A stretch of 64,000 nucleotides of DNA from Luteitalea sp. GTDB lineage: Bacteria > Acidobacteriota > Vicinamibacteria > Vicinamibacterales > CAVVIG01. Numbering within the stretch: position 1 is the stretch's first letter; every line of letters starts with the position of its first letter. Both the position numbers and the translations under genes were made by a program. The notes beneath the pieces were generated by a model, which saw only the letters and a program-made list of their open reading frames with translations, was not told where the DNA came from and did not search any database. This document shows positions 1 to 8,734 of this stretch, one piece after another. The DNA lies in NCBI GenBank assembly GCA_009380045.1, contig WHSN01000001.1, positions 27,753 to 91,752 on the forward strand, read 5' to 3'.

Positions 1-1
1 G

Positions 2-1258
2 GGTCCAGCCCCGAACACCAACGAGCGGCTGGTCAGGCCGGCGGCAACCGACGAATCGGATCAGGACATCAGGCGTCAAGTCGTGGTCGACGACTTCGAG
101 GCGCCCGACGCGAAGCTGACGATCCTGCGCCGTGACAAGACGAAGGTGCCGCGCACCTGGTACTTGCACAAGCTGCAGATGCGATCGGTCGGCATACAAG
201 CGGCGATGCCGTTCGAAGCGCTGCTCACGAACGCCGTGCCGCCCGGACAGATCAACACGCGGGGTACGTTCGGTCCCTGGAATCGGCGCAACCCCGGCAT
301 CACGCCGCTCGACGGCACGTTCACGTTCGACAACGCCAATCTCGGGGTCTTCGGCGGCATTTCAGGCATCCTCTCGGCCCACGGTACCTACTCGGGCTCG
401 CTCGCACGCATCGCAGTCGACGGTGAAACCGATACGCCCGATTTCATGGTCACGATCAGCGGTCACCCGCTGCCGCTCAAGACGAAATATCACGCGCTCG
501 TGGACGCGACCACCGGCAATACCACGCTCGATCCGGTGCACGCGACATTCCTGAATACGTCGCTCGTCGCCAAGGGTGGCGTTTACGAGCTCGACGATCG
601 CGACGGACGCGAGGTCCGGCTGGACGTGACGATGGACGATGGACGGCTCGAGGACATCATGCGGATGTCGGTGAAGACGCCGGAGCCGCCGATGATCGGC
701 GTGCTCCATCTCGCGACCAAGCTCATTCTGCCGCCCGGAAAAATCGACGTCATCGAGAAGCTCCAGCTCGATGGGCGGTTCGCGATATTGAAGGGGAGAT
801 TCACCGACCGCGGTGTGCAGGACAAGATCAACAATCTGAGTGGCCTCGCGAGCGGGAAGCAACTGCCGGACGGCAAGGCCGGCATCACCGGGGTCACGTC
901 GGACTTCACCGGTCAGTTCAGTCTCGCGAATGGAGTGCTCAGCCTGCCGATCGTCACCTTCGACGTGCCCGGCGCCATCGTCGAGATGAAGGGCCAGTAC
1001 GGGATGCGGGGCGAGACCATCGACTTCGCCGGAAACCTCTTCATGGACGCCAAGATCTCGGACACTGTGACCGGTTGGAAATCGTTCATCGCCAAGCTCG
1101 CCGATCCGTTGTTCAGGAAGAACGGGAAGACGGTGATTCCGCTGAAAGTGCATGGATCCCGCAGTGCCCCCGAGTTCGGCGTGGATGTGAAGAAGGCTCT
1201 CACGCGCAACACACCCGAGACGCCGGCCGCCGACATCAAGCGCCGAGACACGAAGTAG
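2..1258 (+). CDS. AsmA-family protein, C-terminal portion (5' end lies upstream of window)
   Basis: The frame of ORF 83..1258 stays open back to nt 2, so the gene is truncated by the window edge. The C-terminal region (FTGQFSLANGVLSLPIVTFDVPGAIVEMKGQYGM...IDFAGNLFMDAKIS...IPLKVHGSRSAPEFGVD) looks like the AsmA-like C-terminal domain. Recognised by eye. Confidence 0.55.
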   Translation, partial: GPAPNTNERLVRPAATDESDQDIRRQVVVDDFEAPDAKLTILRRDKTKVPRTWYLHKLQMRSVGIQAAMPFEALLTNAVPPGQINTRGTFGPWNRRNPGITPLDGTFTFDNANLGVFGGISGILSAHGTYSGSLARIAVDGETDTPDFMVTISGHPLPLKTKYHALVDATTGNTTLDPVHATFLNTSLVAKGGVYELDDRDGREVRLDVTMDDGRLEDIMRMSVKTPEPPMIGVLHLATKLILPPGKIDVIEKLQLDGRFAILKGRFTDRGVQDKINNLSGLASGKQLPDGKAGITGVTSDFTGQFSLANGVLSLPIVTFDVPGAIVEMKGQYGMRGETIDFAGNLFMDAKISDTVTGWKSFIAKLADPLFRKNGKTVIPLKVHGSRSAPEFGVDVKKALTRNTPETPAADIKRRDTK

Positions 1259-1403
1259 CCTTGACCCCCAAGTCAGGAGCCCCGAGCTCGAAGCCGGGCG
1301 CTTCGACGTGCCCTCGGCTCGTTGACCAGTCGCCGGGCGGTCGTCCTTCATCAAGACCGGCCGGAGATCTCCGGCGTGCCGTTCGAGGAAGGGTGGTTTC
1401 GGC

Positions 1404-2318
1404 CTGAACGCCAAGTATCCGATCCGATCGGTCGCCCGGATGACCGGGCTGACGATCGACACGCTGCGGGCATGGGAGCGACGCCATGGGGGCGTGAAAC
1501 CGTCGAGGGATCGGCGCGGCCGCCTGTACACCGACGCCGACGTGGCACGGCTCCGGCTGCTGCGCGACGCGGTGGCAATTGGCCACTCCATCGGACGCAT
1601 CGCCCGGCTGGACGACGCCGCGCTCCAGCAGCTCGCGACAACGAACCCGTCGTCTGCGGCGCCGCCAGTTGCGCCACTTCACGGGGCAGTGAGCGCCGCG
1701 GCAATCGCGAGCGCAATCGAGGGCTTCGACCTGCGGCGGGTCGAAGTGCAGCTCGCGCGGGCCGCCGCGCTGCTCAGTCCGACCGAGCTCCTGCGCGACG
1801 TGATCGTGCCAGCGTTGCGGGAAGTCGGGGAGCACTGGCATACCCGTCCGCTCGGCATCGCGCAGGAGCACCTGTTGTCCGGCGCAGTCCGCAACCTTCT
1901 CGGATCCCTGATACGCGTCCACGCCCGGCCGGATGCGACCGGACGCCTGCTCTTCGCGACCCCGTCCGGCGAGCGGCACGAGTTCGGTGCGCTCGGAGGA
2001 GCGCTGGTCGCCAGCAGCAGCGGTCTCGGCGCGATCTATCTCGGCCCCGACATCCCCGCCGCGGACATCGTCGAGATGGCGACGGTGACAAAGAGCGATG
2101 TCGTCGCCCTGGGCGTGACGCTGCGGGAGGACGGGTACGACAACCGCGCGCGAGCCGAGGTGCAGGCGATTGCGACGCGGCTGCCGCGGCACGTCGAGCT
2201 GTGGCTTGGCGGTCCCGCCGCGATAGACGCGTCACCAGCGATTCAGGCGCGCGCGATCACGATCGGCGACTACGATGCGCTCGCCGCCGAGCTCACGCGG
2301 CTGGGTGGACGGTTTTGA
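1404..2318 (+). CDS. MerR-family cobalamin-binding CarH/LitR-like (light-responsive type) transcriptional regulator
   Basis: ORF 1440..2318 has a MerR HTH (TGLTIDTLRAWERRHG...RLYTDADVARLRLL), a W133-x9-E143-H144 motif, and a B12-binding ERH180EFG motif followed by LGAIYLGPDIP...VVALGV. HTH helix 1 (YPIRSVAR) is encoded upstream of ATG 1440. The only candidate start there is CTG 1404, which follows GAGGAAGGGTGG (1385-1396). The start is therefore uncertain (1404 or 1440). Confidence 0.75.
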   Translation: MNAKYPIRSVARMTGLTIDTLRAWERRHGGVKPSRDRRGRLYTDADVARLRLLRDAVAIGHSIGRIARLDDAALQQLATTNPSSAAPPVAPLHGAVSAAAIASAIEGFDLRRVEVQLARAAALLSPTELLRDVIVPALREVGEHWHTRPLGIAQEHLLSGAVRNLLGSLIRVHARPDATGRLLFATPSGERHEFGALGGALVASSSGLGAIYLGPDIPAADIVEMATVTKSDVVALGVTLREDGYDNRARAEVQAIATRLPRHVELWLGGPAAIDASPAIQARAITIGDYDALAAELTRLGGRF

Positions 2319-2886
2319 ACTTCGTCAGCCATGCCCGGGCTTCTTCGTAGTTCGGACACGCCTCGGCGACGAGGGCCCAGAACTTCGGGGAGTGGTCCAT
2401 GCGCTTCAGGTGCATCAGCTCGTGGATCAGCACGTAGTCCCGAACCCAGTCGGGCATGGTGACGAGCCGCCAGTTGAGCGACACGCGTCCGGTGCGCGAG
2501 CACGACCCCCATCGCCAGCGCTGGCTCCGGATCGTGACACGCGAGACGGTCAGGCCGAACTGCGCGGCAAGCTCCAGCAGCCGCGGCGGCAGATCGCGCT
2601 TCGCCTGCGCCCGCAGCGCCGTCACCATCTCCGGCGGCATCACGTTGCGCGGCTGCGCTCGTTCCCGTTCTGCACGTTCGAGCTGCGCCGCGATCCAGGT
2701 CCGCTGCCGCTCGACGAACTCGATCGCCCGGCGCTTCGAGCCGCGGATCGGAATCGTCACCCGCACCACGCCGTCGGCGCTGACACGGACCACGTACCGC
2801 CGCGCCCGGGGGTTACGGACGAAGACCGGGGCGGGGGGCTCCTGCAGGGCGACGTGGGCATCGAAGGCGAAAGCTGGTTGCTTCAT
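2293..2886 (-). CDS. YgjP-like (DUF45/M48-type) zinc metallohydrolase
   Basis: ORF 2293..2976 carries the zinc motif YVLIHELMHLKRMDHSPKFW. The likely start is ATG 2886 (MKQPAFAF), which forms an ATGA overlap with the stop (2883-2885) of the upstream SDR gene. Confidence 0.75.
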   Translation of the reverse strand: MKQPAFAFDAHVALQEPPAPVFVRNPRARRYVVRVSADGVVRVTIPIRGSKRRAIEFVERQRTWIAAQLERAERERAQPRNVMPPEMVTALRAQAKRDLPPRLLELAAQFGLTVSRVTIRSQRWRWGSCSRTGRVSLNWRLVTMPDWVRDYVLIHELMHLKRMDHSPKFWALVAEACPNYEEARAWLTKFKTVHPAA

Positions 2887-3680
2887 GCGGTCCCGATCGC
2901 GCGCGCCGAACGCAGCCACAGACCGCCGTCCACAACCAGGGTCACGCCGGTGATGAACGCCGAGGCGTCGGAACACAGGAAGAGCGCGGCGTTGGCGACC
3001 TCGTCAATCGTCGCCAGACGACCGAGCGGGCAGTCCTTCTCGATCAGCTTCCGTGACGCTTCGGTGGTGAGGCGCCGTACGCCTTCCGTGCCGTCAACCG
3101 GTCCGGGTGCGAGGCCGTTGACGCGAATCCCCGATGGTCCCCATTCCGCCGCCAGCGTGCGGGTGAGCGCGTCCACACCGGCCTTGGCCGCCGACGCGTG
3201 CGCCTGCCCGATCGTGCCGAGAAGCTGCAGCGTGGCGCTGATGTTCAGAATCACCCCGCCGCGCTCCTTCAGGAGCGGATAGGCGGCGCGCGAGACGTTG
3301 AACGTTCCCTTGACATCGATGTCGATCACCGTGCCGAAGCCGTTGGGCGACAGCTGGTCCGCGGGACACACGAAATTACCAGCAGCGCCGTTCACCAGGA
3401 TGTCGAGCCGGCCCAGGGCGCCGGCGGTACTCCGGACAACAGCGTCCACATCGTCGGGCCGCCGCACATCACCAGGCACCGCCACCGACCTGACACCCAG
3501 ACGCTCGATCTCGGCGGCGGTCGGCTCGAGATGTTCGAGGCTGCGGCTCGCAATCGCGACGTCACACCCGGCCGATGCCAGCGCCAGCGCGATGCCGCGG
3601 CAGATGCCGGTACCGCCGCCAGTCACGAGCGCGGCGCGCCCGGTCAGGAGATCGGGGAAGAAATACGGCACCGCCAACAC
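2883..3680 (-). CDS. Short-chain dehydrogenase/reductase (2,4-dienoyl-CoA reductase-like SDR)
   Basis: This is the C-terminal third of ORF 2883..5285. It has the motifs TGRAALVTGGGTGICRGIAL (Rossmann), NGAAGNF and ASAAKAGVDALTR. Candidate starts are GTG 3680, TTG 3677 and GTG 3671 (VLAVPYFFPDLL). The exact start is uncertain. Confidence 0.75.
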   Translation of the reverse strand: MLAVPYFFPDLLTGRAALVTGGGTGICRGIALALASAGCDVAIASRSLEHLEPTAAEIERLGVRSVAVPGDVRRPDDVDAVVRSTAGALGRLDILVNGAAGNFVCPADQLSPNGFGTVIDIDVKGTFNVSRAAYPLLKERGGVILNISATLQLLGTIGQAHASAAKAGVDALTRTLAAEWGPSGIRVNGLAPGPVDGTEGVRRLTTEASRKLIEKDCPLGRLATIDEVANAALFLCSDASAFITGVTLVVDGGLWLRSARAIGTA

Positions 3681-3834
3681 TCTAACCGCAGACGACCGGG
3701 AGATCGCAGCGCTAATCGCTCTTTGTGAAGCCGTGCTCTCGTGGCGATCGTCGGCCGATCCCAAGACATGACCAGGCCGCCGTGCAGGTGCATCCGTCGT
3801 GTTCGTGCGCTCGGTGGCCATCGAATGGTGAGGG

Positions 3835-5285
3835 TCACCACAACCCAAGGAGCTTCCACCACGCGAAGCCGACGTCGTCCACGTGAGGATGTTGATCACG
3901 GACATGACAAAGCCGACACGCCACCAGTCTCGTTGGCTGACGTAGCCCTCGGCAAACACAATCGGCGCCGTGGTCGTGCCGTAGTGCGTCAGGCCGGCGG
4001 TGAGGTTGGCCATGCAGGCCAGCGCATACACGGCCAGCCCGGGCGGCGTGCCGAGGCCGGTGAGCATCACCGCGAAGGGCGGAAACATCGCGACCATGTG
4101 CGCGGTGATGCTGGCAAACGCATAGTGCGCGTAAAAGTAGACCACGACCGTCGCCAGCAGCACCGCCATCCACGGCCAGCCGGTGAACCACGCCCCCACC
4201 CATGTGGCGAACGCCGTGGTCGATCCGCTCCGGTTCAAGGCGTCGCCCAGCGTCAACAGCCCGCCGTACCAGACGAACACGTCCCACGCGTTCCGTTCGG
4301 CGAGCGCCTGGTCCCACTGGAGCACGTCGGTGACGAGCAGGACGGCCAGCCCGGCGAATGCCACGACCGTGACATCGAGCCCGCTCCATTGCGACGACAT
4401 CCAGAGCAGCACGACGCCGCACATCACTCCCAGCACAAGCCGCTCGGACCGGCTGATCGGTCCCATCGCCGTCAGCTGCTGCCGGGCATACGCCGCCGCG
4501 CCAGGCGTCTGCCGGATGTTCGGCGTCAGCATCCGGTAGACGCCATAGGGCACGATCGCCGCTGAAACGAGCCCGGGAACGATGCCGGCCAGGAGCCAGC
4601 TGGTCCAACTGATGTCCACTTGCGCGAACTTTGCCGCCAGGCCCACCGCCAGGACGTTGCTGGCCTGGCCGGTGAGGAACATCGCGCAGGCGACGACGCT
4701 TCCCTGATAGATCGCCACCATCAGGAACTCGCCGAGCCGCTTCGAGGTGAGGCCGGGACGGGAGTCGTAGAGCTCGGCGATATTGCGGGTGATCGGCAGG
4801 ATGATGCTGGCGCCGCGCGCGGTCATCGACGGGATGCCCGACGCCAGCGTGAGGTCGGTCATGACCAGCGAGTACGCGACACCGAGCGAGCTGCCGCCGA
4901 ACCGGCGCACGAACAGCAGCGCGATGCGGCGGGCCAGACCGGTGTCGCGCAACACGCGTGCGGTAATCATCGCCGCCAGCACCAGCCACACCGACGGGGT
5001 CGCGAACCCCGTTAGCGCCTCGGCCATCGTGAGCCCGCCGATCAACACCAACGCCATAAGCGCGATCAGAACCAGCGCGGCGCCCGGCAGCGGCTGCAGC
5101 ATGAGGCCGGCGATCGTGGCGAGAAAGATGGCCGTGATGCGCCAGCCGGCCGGTGCGACGGTCGCGGGGCGCGGCAGCAGATGCGCGATGACCACGTAGA
5201 TCGCGACGAGCGCGATCAGGCAGAGAGTCCGGCGGCGATGAACGGTGAAAATACGACGGTGCACGCTCCCGGACGTTGACAACAC
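3835..5285 (-). pseudogene. DASS/SLC13-family anion:sodium symporter (2-oxoglutarate/malate translocator-like) with an apparent 1-nt frameshift near 3873
   Basis: The first ~470 codons of ORF 2883..5285 are a polytopic DASS-like transporter. The expected C-terminus (VGFAWWKLLGLW, stop at 3835-3837) sits in the frame of ORF 3835..5355. The frames switch at about 3871-3875. This may be a real lesion or a sequence error. Confidence 0.6.
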
Positions 5286-5326
5286 TTGTCCGGCCGAGTG
5301 CGTCCGGGGGCATGAGACGAGAAGAG

Positions 5327-6616
5327 TTATACGCGCTCGGGCTCCTCCGCTTCAAGCGCTTCGACGAAGGGAAGCCCGCCGGTGAGCTCGGCCGCCTGCA
5401 ACATTCGCGGGACGCGATCGATCACCTCGATCTGTGTCACCTCTCTGCCGCCTTCTCCGGCCTGGAGGTCTTTGAACTTGCGGGCCTTGATGAGCACGTT
5501 GCCCTCGAGTGAGCCGACAGCCTGGTTGTAGGCTTCGAGTGTGGACTTCATGCGGCTGCCGAGGGTGTCGAACTTCTCGGCCAGCGTGCAAACCGAGTCG
5601 TACAGATTGCGTCCGAGGTCGCAGATCTTGCGAGCGTTCTCCTCCATGGCCTCCTGCTGCCATCCGTACGCCACCGCGCGTAGCAGCGCGATGAGCGTCG
5701 TCGGGCTCGCGGGGATCACCTGGCGCTCCACCCCGAACTCGATCAGCGACGGATCCTGTTCGAGGGCGGCGCTGAAGAACATTTCTCCAGGGAGGAACAT
5801 CACGACGAACTCGGGAGATGAGGGAATATCGGTGAAATAGGTCTTGGCCCCGAGCTGGCTGAGGTGCGTGCGCACTTGCCGTGCGTGGTCCGACAGCAGT
5901 GTCTGCCGGGTCGCTTCATCGGGCGCCTCGAGTGCCTTGAGATAGGCGTCGAGCGGCACTTTCGCGTCCACGACGACGTGCTTGCCCCCCGGCAGGTTGA
6001 CAATGACGTCGGGCCGCAGGCGGCGATCGTTGCCATTCAACGTCTGCTGCTCGTTGAAGTCGCAGTGCTCGAGCATGCCTGCGAGCTCGACCACCCGCTT
6101 CAATTGGATCTCACCCCAGCGGCCGCGGACCCCAGGGCGCTTCAACGCATCAACCAGGCGACGGGTCTCGGACTGGAGCTCGCGACCGGTGGCGTCGAGC
6201 GACGCCACCCGTTGGAGCAGCGTCGCACCCTCCTGGACGCGGCGGCGTTCGGCGTCCCTGATCTCGCCGTCCACGCGATCGAGGGTGGTCTTCATCGGCG
6301 CGAGCAGATCCTCGATCGCCTGCTTACGGGCGTCGACGTCCGCCGTGGTCTGGCTCCTGGCGGCGCGCAACCGCTCCTCGGCGAGATGGAGGAAGGCTTC
6401 GTTGTTGCTCTTCAGCGCATCGGCGCTGAGCGACTGGAACGCCTCGCGAAAGCGCGACTCCGCATCCTGATACGCCTTGAGCCGTTCGGCATGAACGGCT
6501 CGATCCGTTTCAAGCTCGGTCCGCAGCCGCGCGCGCCCGGGCCGGCTCGCCAGCCACCCCATGAATGCACCGATGGCGAGACCAACAACGAGGACGAGCG
6601 TGAGGGACGGCGACAT
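5327..6616 (-). CDS. rmuC: DNA recombination protein RmuC
   Basis: ORF 5327..6868 has an N-terminal TM helix, a long coiled coil and an RmuC nuclease-like core (GRWGEIQLKRVVELAGM...PDVIVNLPGGKHVVVDAKVPL...FVVMFLPGE). The likely start is ATG 6616 (MSPSLTLVLVVG). Confidence 0.85.
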   Translation of the reverse strand: MSPSLTLVLVVGLAIGAFMGWLASRPGRARLRTELETDRAVHAERLKAYQDAESRFREAFQSLSADALKSNNEAFLHLAEERLRAARSQTTADVDARKQAIEDLLAPMKTTLDRVDGEIRDAERRRVQEGATLLQRVASLDATGRELQSETRRLVDALKRPGVRGRWGEIQLKRVVELAGMLEHCDFNEQQTLNGNDRRLRPDVIVNLPGGKHVVVDAKVPLDAYLKALEAPDEATRQTLLSDHARQVRTHLSQLGAKTYFTDIPSSPEFVVMFLPGEMFFSAALEQDPSLIEFGVERQVIPASPTTLIALLRAVAYGWQQEAMEENARKICDLGRNLYDSVCTLAEKFDTLGSRMKSTLEAYNQAVGSLEGNVLIKARKFKDLQAGEGGREVTQIEVIDRVPRMLQAAELTGGLPFVEALEAEEPERV

Positions 6617-6737
6617 CACAGAAAAGGTTTCACCCGAAAGCACAGGGAGATCACAGAGTGAAGCACGTCCCCTGGCGGGCGCCGCGGGCTCCGTGAGCTC
6701 CGTGGCTGACGCGCCGGTAAGTATTGCACGCGGGTAA

Positions 6738-7406
6738 TCAGCGGGACACCACGAACGGGATCCACGCCTCCGGTAACTGGAGCTCGGCCGCGTGGATCGC
6801 GGACCACTCGGCGCTCGCGTCGGCGGTGACGGCCGCCGCGCTCGCGAACAGGTTTTGAGCGCCGCCAATCAGTCGGTTGGCGGCGCTGACGTCGACTGGG
6901 TCAATCGAGCCGGGCTCGTTGCGCATCCGCAAACGAGCGCCGATCTGCTGCAGGGCGTGCCGGGCGGCGATTTGCGCGTGCCGTCGCCTGTCAACGTGCC
7001 GGGCTGCGCCTGAGCGATCGGCAGCTCGGGCGACAGAGCGCTCCGCCCGCAGACGGGTGAGACGACCACGGTCCACCGCCTCGAGCGGCAGAATCGATTG
7101 AAAACGAGCCTCGGTGGCCGTGTCGAGATCGCCAGCCGCTCGCAATGCCCGATCACGGACAAGCTCCCACCGGTAACAAGCGAAGCAGAGCGCAGGCCGC
7201 GATTGACGGGACGGATTGGCGTCAGCCCCTTCCGCCTCAACCGGGCCCTTCCCTCCCGATTGGCGGGCGCTGGCGGCACCGCGAAGCCGTTCGCGGCAGG
7301 GTGCGCACTGAATCCTGACCTGTCGCCCCTCGAGCTCGCCGCCCGGAAAGGCCAGCCACTCGGAGTCTTCCGTGTGGGGAACGAGCGGCGCCGCCTTCGT
7401 CTGCAT
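6738..7406 (-). CDS. Hypothetical protein with two Cys pairs (CAPC...CFAC)
   Basis: ORF 6738..7406 lies on the same strand directly upstream of rmuC and has GC-rich third codon positions. I recognise no family. Confidence 0.45.
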   Translation of the reverse strand: MQTKAAPLVPHTEDSEWLAFPGGELEGRQVRIQCAPCRERLRGAASARQSGGKGPVEAEGADANPSRQSRPALCFACYRWELVRDRALRAAGDLDTATEARFQSILPLEAVDRGRLTRLRAERSVARAADRSGAARHVDRRRHAQIAARHALQQIGARLRMRNEPGSIDPVDVSAANRLIGGAQNLFASAAAVTADASAEWSAIHAAELQLPEAWIPFVVSR

Positions 7407-7455
7407 GACCCCAGTTTAGGATGGGGGCGTGACAGGCCAGGTCACGCGGCAGGAT

Positions 7456-8499
7456 TTATTTTTTCGCAGCTGCTGCCGACGCCTTCTCTTCCGCTCGGGC
7501 CCCGCCGAGAACGCCGGCGAGGCCGTAGTTGCCTTCGTGACAGGCGTACTCGTAAATGCCGTCCGCACTCTTGACCATGAACAGCTGGGCAGTCCATGGT
7601 CTGGTCCACTCGGTCGGCTGGGTCACCGTGAACTCGTACAGGAGCGTGTCTGGTGCAGTGCGCGTGAAACGCTCGACGAGCCGCATGTCCGCGCTGGATC
7701 CTTCGAGGCTGGTCTCGCGAGCGAAATTGGTCGTGTCCACGACCAGCGTGTCGCCATCCCAGCGGCCGCGTGACACGCCCATTCCCTGGCGGACCTTCCC
7801 GCTTGGACGCCCGTCGAGCGGGATGATGCGAACGTCGTGGACCATCTCGTTGAGTATCGCCACCTGTCCGGCCGCCTGGAAGATCTGCACGTTGTTGTTG
7901 TAGGCGCCAGGAGTCATCGGCGGTCCGGCGTTGAACCCGATGATGCAGCGCTCCGACAGGGGTCGGTCCTCGTGTGAGTCCGCGCGGGGACGTCCCACCT
8001 GGTTGTCGCGCCCCTCCGCCGCGCGGGCGGCCGCTCTCCTCTCGCCCTCCGGTGTTCTCGGGGGCAGCCGGCCATTGGGGGGATCGACGATGAGCGACGT
8101 GCGGTTGGGCCCGACGATCTTGTTGCCCCGGTCGTACCAGAACTCGTTGTAGGGCACCACGCCGCCCGGCGGGTAGTTCACGCCTCCCTTGGCTGGGTCG
8201 ATGAGATCGCGATTCTGCCGCCGGTTCTCGGCCCTCTCGAACTCCGCCGCTTCCTGGTCCGACAGCACCGCTTTGTCTCCGAGCGCGGTCGGCCGCTCCA
8301 ACGGTGTAATCGTTCGAAAATCCCACACACCTTGCAGGTCCGGCTGACCGTCCGCAGTCCGAGGCGGCGTCCAGGTACTGGAAGCCTTCGACTTCGGGAC
8401 AGCAGACGCGGTCTGGGCTGCGATCACCGCCGCGCCCAGTGACACCATCGCACCGACGGCCGCTAGAGTGCCGGCTACCGCTAGACATCGACGCTGCAT
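7456..8499 (-). CDS. Secreted hypothetical protein downstream of the TonB-dependent receptor
   Basis: ORF 7456..8601. The likely start is ATG 8499 (MQRRCLAVAGTLAAVGAMVSLGAAVIAAQTASA, a signal peptide). I recognise no domain. Confidence 0.6.
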   Translation of the reverse strand: MQRRCLAVAGTLAAVGAMVSLGAAVIAAQTASAVPKSKASSTWTPPRTADGQPDLQGVWDFRTITPLERPTALGDKAVLSDQEAAEFERAENRRQNRDLIDPAKGGVNYPPGGVVPYNEFWYDRGNKIVGPNRTSLIVDPPNGRLPPRTPEGERRAAARAAEGRDNQVGRPRADSHEDRPLSERCIIGFNAGPPMTPGAYNNNVQIFQAAGQVAILNEMVHDVRIIPLDGRPSGKVRQGMGVSRGRWDGDTLVVDTTNFARETSLEGSSADMRLVERFTRTAPDTLLYEFTVTQPTEWTRPWTAQLFMVKSADGIYEYACHEGNYGLAGVLGGARAEEKASAAAAKK

Positions 8500-8734
8500 T
8501 TCCAACCTCCTCTTTCGGATGGTCGCGCTCAGTGGCCGTCGGCCTCCGCCCCAATCCAGTATACGACCTCGTTCTACGAAGCGGGGCTCTGAGGACTGCA
8601 CCTGTCAGACAGTGAGCTGGCGGCTGACCTGGCAGACGCCCGTTGAGCACATGCGCCTGTGTCGTCGCCTCCAGCCGGCATTCTGCGGACCGGATCTGCC
8701 CGCCTGGCAGAGCGGCCGCGCCAGCTGCCCTTCG

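Noticed and set aside
2883-5285. Reading the 800-aa ORF as a genuine transporter-dehydrogenase fusion protein.
   Set aside because: A transporter-type C-terminus with its own stop is present in the adjacent frame, the ~65-codon linker is junk-like, and the SDR has its own plausible start codons. A 1-nt frameshift is the simpler explanation.
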